From Alphaproteobacteria bacterium (lineage in GTDB: Bacteria; Pseudomonadota; Alphaproteobacteria; UBA8366), in assembly GCA_050250795.1 (NCBI GenBank), contig JBFWNZ010000001.1, positions 1-41,144 of the forward strand: a stretch of 41,144 bases of DNA, given 5' to 3'. This document shows positions 18,956 to 25,692 of this stretch, piece after piece. The first letter of the stretch is position 1. Each line of letters starts with the position of its first letter. The notes beneath the pieces are model-generated. The model was not told the DNA's origin, made no database searches, and saw nothing but the letters and a program-made list of their open reading frames with translations. The translations under genes and the position numbers were made by a program.

Positions 18956-20323
18956 TCAACCGGCCAGGGCGACCAGCCGCATCAGCTCGCCGACCGCACC
19001 GGCTTCCGGCAGCTCGCGGCACAGCCGCACCGCCCGCTCCGCCCCCTTCTCGCCCAGCAGGCCGGCGGCGTTGGAGCGGAACTTGTCCTCCAGCTCCGGC
19101 ACGCTCAACGGGTTCTGCGGGTCGCCCTTGGGGAACATCCAGGTCGTCTGGTGTTTCGTGCCGTCCTTCAACGTGATCGTGACGCGGGCCGGGAAATTCT
19201 TCGGGTACAGCGTGTTCAACTCGTCGTCGGCCAGGACCTCGGTCTTGGCCAGCACGCCGCGGACCGCCGGGTCCTCCACCCTGTCGGGGCGGAACTGCGC
19301 CTGTCCCAGCGTCCGGTCCACCGCCGCCACCGCCATGCAGAAGGGCACGCTGATCCGGGCCGCCATCGAGCCATGCGGATCGTAGTTGGAGAAATGCGTG
19401 GTGACGGTGCGATAGGTCTCCAGCGTCAGCTTGGCGATGTCCGCCGGCTTCACGTCGTGCCGGTTGACCAGTTCCAGCGTGGCGCCGATGGGCGCATGGC
19501 TCGCCAGGATCGACGGATAGTATTTGAACCCGTTCTCCAGGATCTCCCATTTGGTGCCCAGGCCGGCGGCCAGCACCTCCGGCCGCGGCGCCTCGGTGAA
19601 GGCGGCGAGATAGCCCTTGTTCCGCTCCAGGATGGCGGGCGGCGCGGTGCCGCCGATGGCGGCCAGCTCGGCGCCCATGATGCCGTTCATCGCCGACTTG
19701 CCGGGATGCACGCTCTTGGTCATGTCGCCGGATTCGAAGAAGGCGTTGAGGCCGGCGGCCTGGGTGCCGGCAAAGCCCAGCGCCATCTCCGTGCGGTCCG
19801 CATCGAGGCCCAGCGCACGGGCCGCGGTGGCGCCGGCGCCGAAGGTGCAGTTGGTGGCGGTGGAGTGCCACTTCTCGTAATGGCTCGGCATCACCGCCAT
19901 GCCGACCCGCGACGCGACCTCGTAGCCCGCGACCACCGAGGCGAGCATCTCGCGCCCCGAAAGCCGCCGCGCCTCGGCCATCGCCAGCGCCGCCGGGATC
20001 ACGACAGACGAGATATGCGCCAGCGCGCCCTTATGCGTGTCGTCGTTGTCGGCGGCGTTCGACAGCACGCCGTTGGCGAAGGCCGCCAGCGGCGCGCGCG
20101 AGGCCAGCCCCCTCGCCCCCACGACATGCGCCTCGCCCTTGGCACCGAAGGACGCGACATACTCGCTGGCGACCCGGGTCTTCTCGCTGTCGACCTCCCA
20201 GGCGGCCAGGCAGCAGCCGAGATCGTCCAGCACCAGGTTGCAGGCCTGCTCGACGGCAGCCTGCGGCAAATCCTCGAAACGCAGGCCCGAGACGAACTCG
20301 GCAAGGCGGCGTGTCTCATGCAT
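18956..20323 (-). CDS. MmgE/PrpD family protein (paralog 1)
   Basis: I chose the start at MHETRRLAEFVSGLRFEDLPQAAVEQA, with GGAGGA 7 nt upstream, giving 455 aa. The typical PrpD N-terminal signature (xxLAxFvxxlxxxdlP) is present. Confidence 0.85.
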   Translation of the reverse strand: MHETRRLAEFVSGLRFEDLPQAAVEQACNLVLDDLGCCLAAWEVDSEKTRVASEYVASFGAKGEAHVVGARGLASRAPLAAFANGVLSNAADNDDTHKGALAHISSVVIPAALAMAEARRLSGREMLASVVAGYEVASRVGMAVMPSHYEKWHSTATNCTFGAGATAARALGLDADRTEMALGFAGTQAAGLNAFFESGDMTKSVHPGKSAMNGIMGAELAAIGGTAPPAILERNKGYLAAFTEAPRPEVLAAGLGTKWEILENGFKYYPSILASHAPIGATLELVNRHDVKPADIAKLTLETYRTVTTHFSNYDPHGSMAARISVPFCMAVAAVDRTLGQAQFRPDRVEDPAVRGVLAKTEVLADDELNTLYPKNFPARVTITLKDGTKHQTTWMFPKGDPQNPLSVPELEDKFRSNAAGLLGEKGAERAVRLCRELPEAGAVGELMRLVALAG

Positions 20324-20504
20324 GGGGCGATCCTCCGGTTGCGACGGCCTTTGCGGCCTTTCCGCCATTAACGCACAGGCCCCGGCCACCCGCCACCCGG
20401 CCGCCAAGGATGGCGGCCGCGCCGCGAACGCATGGCTCCGAGTCGACAATTAAAAATTGATCGATAAATTGCCATAATCTACTTTTAAGAAATGCTTCCG
20501 GCAC

Positions 20505-20532
20505 TTGAATTGCAGTATTTGTTCCCTATATG
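20505..20532 (+). promoter_or_regulatory. Putative sigma70-type promoter of the A-B-C cassette (TTGAAT - 16 nt - TATATG)
   Basis: Read from the sequence within the only strongly AT-rich intergenic stretch of the window (20445-20535). It is positioned about 28 nt upstream of the preferred A1 start at 20560. Confidence 0.35.
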
Positions 20533-20559
20533 TTCACGGCCACTTCCAGGAAAACCGCC

Positions 20560-21078
20560 ATGCCCGACACGATCCCACCGCGGCAACCCGGCTTCCGCGG
20601 CTATCTAGCCGAGCTGCGGGCCGATCCTGCCATCCCGTTCTGGCTGCGGGTTCTGTGCCTCCTGATGGCCGCCGCCATGCTGGTGGACGGCCTCATGCTG
20701 GTGGACTTTGCCGTCTTCCTCCGCCCGAGCCTGTCGCCCTGCCCAGGTTACTACCTGCCTTATTTCCTGCTGCCTAAGGGGCTGTCATGGGGCGTGATGA
20801 CGGCGAGCTACCTGTCGATTGCCTGTCTGCCTCCAACCCTTCGCTGGCGCCGCCCGATTATCCTTCTGGCCTGCCTCGCCGGCTGTTTCACGTTGCCTGC
20901 AATGCTTTTTTCCGAGATTTCTTTTTTCCTCACCCTGCTCTTCGATGTCTGGGACCCTCTTCCCAAAAGCTGCGATCTCCTTTTCAGAAGCCCTGCCCTC
21001 CTGCCCGTCGGTTCCATCGCACTGGTTCTGCTGCTCTTGTATTTCCAGGTCATTTTCCTGGTGGAGCGGAAACCATGA
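20560..21078 (+). CDS. Hypothetical 4-TM membrane protein (cassette protein A, copy 1)
   Basis: I chose the start at MPDTIPPRQPGFRGYLAEL, which aligns with the N-terminus of copy 2 (MSDILEPQRSRGFRGYLAEL) and has AGGA upstream. There are four hydrophobic segments. I recognise no known family. Confidence 0.7.
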   Translation: MPDTIPPRQPGFRGYLAELRADPAIPFWLRVLCLLMAAAMLVDGLMLVDFAVFLRPSLSPCPGYYLPYFLLPKGLSWGVMTASYLSIACLPPTLRWRRPIILLACLAGCFTLPAMLFSEISFFLTLLFDVWDPLPKSCDLLFRSPALLPVGSIALVLLLLYFQVIFLVERKP

Positions 21079-21686
21079 CTGCGCGTTGGTTGCCGTTTGG
21101 CAAGTTCCGTCCGCTGATCCGAACCCTCGCAGTCAAGATCGGGGTGAAAGTAGACCGGGTCATAACCGCCCTTTCGGACACCCCGTTCGTCAGGGTTTCG
21201 GCCAGGACCGTGTCAGCACTTCTCGGCTTCGTGATCCTCGCGCAGTCGGTCAACCTCCTGCTTACGGATATGGAGCCGCTGCGGCAGATTTATACAAATT
21301 CCGTCGATCACTGCCGCGATCAAAACCTCTCGGATTTCAGAATTTTACAGGTTGCATTCTGCATCGTCTTTCCTGTCGGATATTTCGTCCTGGCATTCTA
21401 TCCAACGAACCGACCAGAATGGCGCGCCGTCACCTGGTTTTCCACAGAAATCGGCCTTCTGTCTGCACCGGCTGCGTCCGTCGTGGATCTATTAATTCGT
21501 CTCAATTTAGACTGGCTTCTTATACGCGGAAACTGCGACCTACGACCGATATACGAATCCATCGCCCTCACGGTAAACCCGATCTTCTTTTTCTGCGTCC
21601 TGCTGATCCTGTCTATCCTGCTCTGGCACAGCAGGCGAGCGGATCGCAGAAGCCAGAAACAACATCAAGGATACAAAAATGGCTGA
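21075..21686 (+). CDS. Hypothetical 4-TM membrane protein (cassette protein B, copy 1)
   Basis: MTARWLPFGKFRPLIRTLAVKIGVKVDRVITALS... The ATG overlaps the A1 TGA (ATGA). It is homologous to residues from about 173 onward of the fused copy-2 protein. There are four hydrophobic segments and a basic C-terminal tail. Confidence 0.7.
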   Translation: MTARWLPFGKFRPLIRTLAVKIGVKVDRVITALSDTPFVRVSARTVSALLGFVILAQSVNLLLTDMEPLRQIYTNSVDHCRDQNLSDFRILQVAFCIVFPVGYFVLAFYPTNRPEWRAVTWFSTEIGLLSAPAASVVDLLIRLNLDWLLIRGNCDLRPIYESIALTVNPIFFFCVLLILSILLWHSRRADRRSQKQHQGYKNG

Positions 21687-22914
21687 TAAAAATTCAAATA
21701 TACCGGCTCCATCTGGAATCTTCGATATCCACGATGCTGCCGCGGCCGAAGCCGTCGCCTCACAACTTCCAGGTCGAGAAAATGGCCCTGCCGACGCCTA
21801 TCGTCACCTTCTCGGAGCTGCCGAGTTATCCCGCCAATATAAAGAAAGAACGGCAAGATTCATTCTCGATGCGAATGAACTTTTCTTCTTTGAAAGCAAG
21901 GAAGCAAAGGAGATGGATTACCACAACAACGCCATCGGCATCGAGATCGGCAAGACGGCGAAGAACTGGGACGAAGTGATTGCCATGAGCCGGGCTGCTA
22001 TCGACGCCGCCGGTATCGACGGCAAGGGAGACCGGCCCGACGCTGTGCGCTGGTTGCCGCCGGACCAGTGGCGAAAAAACCCGAAATACGAGCACGATCC
22101 GAAGCGGGAAATGCCGACGGAAGAGACCAACTGGTACACCAACCCCAACCGCCCCGACGGGATCGATTGGATCGGCGGCTATGTTCCGAATCCTTTGCCT
22201 AGGAAGCGGCTACCGGATATTCCGACCGATATGGCGCGTTCTCGGCGAGAAACGGTGCCGCTCGCGGCAATGACCGAGGCCGAGATGCGCCGCGCGATGA
22301 AAAGCGATGCCTATTGGACCGCAGGCCATCCCGAGCATCGCGCCGCGCAGCAGGCCGTCCGGGCATGGCACGACAACCGCTACGGCACCGCGCCGTCACC
22401 TCTCGACGCCGCCGGCCGGATGCGTCCGGTACCGGCCGCAGCACCGCATATCGCCCGGACCAGCGCGCGTGCCGATGCGTCGGCGCTCGCCTTGCCCCGG
22501 CGCATGGCGGCGGCTCAGCCCCCTGCGCCGGGTGGCCTGTTTACAAATGATGACATCCAGCAAAAGGCGACGCCGGACCAGGAGAACGCGCAGGCGTTGG
22601 ACCTGCTTTTGCGCTTCGCCCGGGACGCTCTGCGGAGCGGGGATGCCAGCGGCCTTCCCGACGCGGTGGACCGCGGCCTCGGCGGCCTGTTTCCCGCCAC
22701 CCCGCCCGGCCGGCCCGCGCCTTGGCGCCAGGCGGTGCAGGACACGATCAACGACCTCGCGGGCAGCGGCCGGCACGCAACGGCGGATGCCGAGCCCCTG
22801 CGCGACGACGGCGAGATCGGGCCCAGGACCGTCGCAGCCTTCGGCCGCACGCTGACCGGCGCCGGCCCAGACCGCTTCGTCCGGCGCCTCGCCCAGAATC
22901 TCGGATTTGCCTGA
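21679..22914 (+). CDS. Hypothetical soluble protein (cassette protein C, copy 1, full length): conserved N-terminal DAYRH/MDYHNN domain, Pro/Ala-rich linker, C-terminal peptidoglycan-binding-like motif
   Basis: 411-aa ORF with AGGA 7 nt upstream and an 8-nt overlap with B1. No signal peptide or TM segment is visible. The C-terminus DGEIGPRTVAAFGRTLT resembles the PG_binding_1 core (DGxxGPxTxxAxxxFQ). Confidence 0.75.
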   Translation: MADKNSNIPAPSGIFDIHDAAAAEAVASQLPGRENGPADAYRHLLGAAELSRQYKERTARFILDANELFFFESKEAKEMDYHNNAIGIEIGKTAKNWDEVIAMSRAAIDAAGIDGKGDRPDAVRWLPPDQWRKNPKYEHDPKREMPTEETNWYTNPNRPDGIDWIGGYVPNPLPRKRLPDIPTDMARSRRETVPLAAMTEAEMRRAMKSDAYWTAGHPEHRAAQQAVRAWHDNRYGTAPSPLDAAGRMRPVPAAAPHIARTSARADASALALPRRMAAAQPPAPGGLFTNDDIQQKATPDQENAQALDLLLRFARDALRSGDASGLPDAVDRGLGGLFPATPPGRPAPWRQAVQDTINDLAGSGRHATADAEPLRDDGEIGPRTVAAFGRTLTGAGPDRFVRRLAQNLGFA

Positions 22915-22921
22915 ACCGTCG

Positions 22922-22944
22922 CCCTCCCGGCTCCGCCGGGAGGG
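22922..22944 (+). terminator. GC-rich hairpin between cassette copies (CCCTCCCGG-ctccg-CCGGGAGGG), a possible attenuator or weak terminator
   Basis: A perfect 9-bp inverted repeat, read directly, lies 8 nt after the C1 stop. It is followed only by a weak T tract (ttcctcc), so termination efficiency is doubtful. Confidence 0.3.
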
Positions 22945-22974
22945 TTCCTCCGTTCCGACCCACGGACCTGCATC

Positions 22975-24102
22975 ATGAGCGATATCCTTGAACCGCAAAG
23001 AAGTCGCGGCTTCCGCGGCTATCTAGCCGAGTTGCGGGCCGATCCTGCCATCCCGTTCTGGCTGCGGGTTCTGTGCCTCTTGATGGCCGCCGCCATGCTG
23101 GTGGACGGCCTCATGCTGGTGGACTTTGCCGTCTTCCTCCGCCCGAGCCTGTCGCCCTGCCCAGGTTACTATCTGCTGTATTTCCTGCTGCCGAAGGGAC
23201 TTTCATGGGGCGTGATGACGGCGAGCTACCTGTCGATTGCCTGTCTGCCTCCGACCCTTCGCTGGCGCCGCCCGATAATCCTTCTGGCCTGTCTCGCCGG
23301 CTGCCTCGCGATGCCCGCGATATTTCTTTCCAACGTTCTTCTAATCGGCGCGCTTTTCAGTTCCGAGTATATGCTGCCCGACACTTGCGTGCTTTTGTTC
23401 AGAAGCCCCGCCCTGCTGTCCGTCAGCTTGATCGCGCTGGTCCTGCTGCTCCTCTATTTCCAGGTCATCTTCCTGGTGGAGCGGAAGCCATCGGCCGCGT
23501 ATCGGTTGCCGTCCCGCAAGCTCCATCCGCCGACCCGAAACCTCGCCGCCAGGATCGCAGTGCAGGCAGACCGGGTCATAACCGCCCTTTCGAACGCGCC
23601 CTACGTCAGGGTTGGCATCAGAACGGCGTCCGCGCTTCTCGGCTTCGCGAGCCTCGCTCAGTCGGTCAACATCCTGCTTACGGAGTTGGAACCGCTCCGG
23701 CAGATTTATACAGATATCATCGACCCATGCCTTAACCACGAGATCTCGGACTTCCGGATCCTACAGGTTGCCTTCAGCATCGTCTTGCTTGGCGGATATT
23801 TCGTCCTGGCATTCTATCCAACGAACCGACCGGAACGGCGCGCAGTCACCTGGCTCACCACAGAAATCGGGCTGTTATCCGCGCTGGCCGCGCTCGTCGC
23901 GAACCGGTTCGTTCGTCTCGATATTGAAGGGCTACATATACGTGAAGCTTGCAAGTTTCAACCAATCTACGAAACCATTTGTCTTACGATAAGCCCGATA
24001 TTCTTCTCCGTATCTCTGCTGATCCTGTTCGTCCTTCTCTGGCACAGCAGACGCACGGAACGCAGAACCCAACAATTTCAAGGAAACGAAAATGGCCGAT
24101 AA
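22975..24102 (+). CDS. Hypothetical 8-TM membrane protein (fused A-B, cassette copy 2)
   Basis: 375-aa ORF. Residues 1 to about 172 align with A1, and the remainder aligns with B1 (SAAYRLPSRKLHPPTRNLAARIAVQADRVITALS versus TARWLPFGKFRPLIRTLAVKIGVKVDRVITALS). Confidence 0.75.
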   Translation: MSDILEPQRSRGFRGYLAELRADPAIPFWLRVLCLLMAAAMLVDGLMLVDFAVFLRPSLSPCPGYYLLYFLLPKGLSWGVMTASYLSIACLPPTLRWRRPIILLACLAGCLAMPAIFLSNVLLIGALFSSEYMLPDTCVLLFRSPALLSVSLIALVLLLLYFQVIFLVERKPSAAYRLPSRKLHPPTRNLAARIAVQADRVITALSNAPYVRVGIRTASALLGFASLAQSVNILLTELEPLRQIYTDIIDPCLNHEISDFRILQVAFSIVLLGGYFVLAFYPTNRPERRAVTWLTTEIGLLSALAALVANRFVRLDIEGLHIREACKFQPIYETICLTISPIFFSVSLLILFVLLWHSRRTERRTQQFQGNENGR

Positions 24103-24625
24103 GACTTTCGAGACAGCGACCCCATCCGGCATCTGGGGCATCAAAAGGGCTGCCGAGGCCGCAGCGGTCGCGTCGCAGTTGCCGGGCCAACAAAGCGGCC
24201 CTGCGGACGCCTATCGTCACTTGCTTGGATCCGCTGAGTTAACCCGAAGAAAGGGTGAGTATCTCGCGCGGATCATCCTCGATTTGAATGAGATCATCTC
24301 TCTCGAAAGCAGGGAAGCAAAGGAGATGGATTACCACAACAACGCCATCGGCATCGAGATTGGCAAGACCGCCAAAAGCTGGGGCGAGGTTATCGTGAGG
24401 AGTCGAGCCGCCATCGACGCCGCCAGTATCGACGGCAAGGGAGACCGGCCCGACGCTGTGCGTTGGTTGCCGCCGGACCAGTGGCGGAAAAACCCGAAAT
24501 ACGAGCACGATCCGAAGCGGGAAATGCCGACGGAAGAGACCAACTGGTACACCAACCCCGGCCGTCCCAACGGCATCGACTGGATCGGCGGCGGCATTCC
24601 GAACCCTCTCGCCCGGAACAAATGA
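24092..24625 (+). CDS. Hypothetical soluble protein (cassette protein C, copy 2, N-terminal domain only; possibly a truncated derivative)
   Basis: 177-aa ORF with AGGA upstream and an 11-nt overlap with the fused A-B gene. It aligns with C1 residues 1 to about 175 and includes a 130/132-nt near-identical block. It ends where C1 continues. Confidence 0.7.
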   Translation: MADKTFETATPSGIWGIKRAAEAAAVASQLPGQQSGPADAYRHLLGSAELTRRKGEYLARIILDLNEIISLESREAKEMDYHNNAIGIEIGKTAKSWGEVIVRSRAAIDAASIDGKGDRPDAVRWLPPDQWRKNPKYEHDPKREMPTEETNWYTNPGRPNGIDWIGGGIPNPLARNK

Positions 24626-24773
24626 GGGGATTTGGACCCTTACCGGATACTTCGGCCCATATCGCCATTCCCCCAAGAACGCCGCCGACGTCTCGCCCGG
24701 CCTCTCGGCTTCGCGTAAGCGAACGGCAATGCGGCGGGACGTCCCGATGTCGCGCGCGGCCCGCCGCGATGCC

Positions 24774-25571
24774 TCAGCGGCCGGTAAAGACCGGGCTGCG
24801 CTTTTCCATGAAGGCGGTGCGGCCTTCCTTATAGTCCTGGCTGTCGAAGCAGCGGCGGCCGAGTTCGGCCACAAGCGCCGGATCGCGGTCGGCCGGATCC
24901 TTCAGCAGGTCGGCGATGGTGAGCTTGGAGGCCAGGATCGACAGCGGCGCATTGTCCACGATGGTCGCCGCATAGTCTCGGGTCATCGCTTCCAGCTCCG
25001 CGGCCGGGACCACCCGGTTGACGAGGCCGATGCGCAGCGCCTCCTCGGCCGGAACGCGCCGGGCGCTGAACAGGATGTCGCGGGCGTAGGCCGGCCCGAC
25101 CAGCGAGATCAGCCGGCGGATATGCAGCGGCGAATAGGCGATGGAGAGCCGCGCCGCGGGGATGCCGAGCTGCGAGTCGTCGGAGACGAAGCGCATGTCG
25201 GCGACCATCGCCAGCGCCAGACCGCCGCCCAGGCAATAGCCGCGGACCATCGCGATCAGCGGCTTCTCGATGGAGGCCAGCTTCTCGCGCGAGGCATCGC
25301 TGATGCGGGCATATTCCTCGGCCGCGTCGGCGTTGGCGCGCACCTTCTCGAACTGCGAGATATCGGCGCCGGAGACGAAGGCCTTGTCGCCCGCGCCCTT
25401 CATCACCACGACGCGGACGCTGTCGTCGGCGCTGAAATCGTCGACGATCTGGGACAGCGCCTCCCACATCTCCATCGACATGGCGTTGCGGCGGGCCGGG
25501 TTGTTGAAGGTGATCCAGCCGATCCCGTTGTCCTTCTCGGCCAGCATCTTGTCGGTATTGAGCGCGAGCAT
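24774..25571 (-). CDS. Enoyl-CoA hydratase/isomerase family protein
   Basis: I chose the start at MLALNTDKMLAEKDNGIGWITFNNPARRNAMS, with AGGAGG upstream, giving 265 aa. It is crotonase-fold (GAGDKAFVSGADISQF). Confidence 0.85.
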   Translation of the reverse strand: MLALNTDKMLAEKDNGIGWITFNNPARRNAMSMEMWEALSQIVDDFSADDSVRVVVMKGAGDKAFVSGADISQFEKVRANADAAEEYARISDASREKLASIEKPLIAMVRGYCLGGGLALAMVADMRFVSDDSQLGIPAARLSIAYSPLHIRRLISLVGPAYARDILFSARRVPAEEALRIGLVNRVVPAAELEAMTRDYAATIVDNAPLSILASKLTIADLLKDPADRDPALVAELGRRCFDSQDYKEGRTAFMEKRSPVFTGR

Positions 25572-25692
25572 ATGCCCTCCTGGGTCTGCGCCATCCGCTT
25601 GCTTCGTCGGGCTCAGCATGCGGGACGAGGAACGAGGCCGCCCCGTCCCGAGCGCGACGAAGGGCGAGGCGGCAATTCTGGCGGCGTTGTTA

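Larger units (their letters stand above)
20560..24700. repeat. Tandem segmental duplication (unit about 2.41-2.42 kb) comprising the A-B-C cassette; the second unit is truncated at its 3' end
   Basis: Offsets of matching landmarks are 20590 to 23008 (2418 nt) and 21901 to 24314 (2413 nt). Near-identical blocks are interspersed with diverged blocks (see findings). Confidence 0.85.

Noticed and set aside
17111-20371. 1086-aa plus-strand ORF, the longest in the track
   Set aside because: It runs antisense across three well-supported minus-strand genes (bdhA, haloacetate dehalogenase-like, PrpD-family). The translation is Arg/Gly/Ala/His-rich with no recognisable domains, so it is an artefact of stop-codon-poor GC-rich DNA.
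20316-20504. 62-aa minus-strand ORF reaching into the AT-rich control region
   Set aside because: It overlaps the 5' end of the PrpD-family gene in another frame. It has no SD and no recognisable features.
21060-21085. Programmed -1 ribosomal frameshift joining A1 to B1
   Set aside because: B1 is in the -1 frame relative to A1, but the junction (CGG AAA CCA TGA) has no X XXY YYZ slippery heptamer and no obvious downstream stimulatory structure. An ATGA stop-start overlap (translational coupling) is the simpler explanation.
24463-24834. 123-aa plus-strand ORF spanning the C2 3' end and the downstream spacer
   Set aside because: It is out of frame with the conserved C-domain reading frame and overlaps the convergent enoyl-CoA hydratase. 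Its composition is Arg/Pro/Ser-rich. The region is better explained as a decayed remnant of the C gene.
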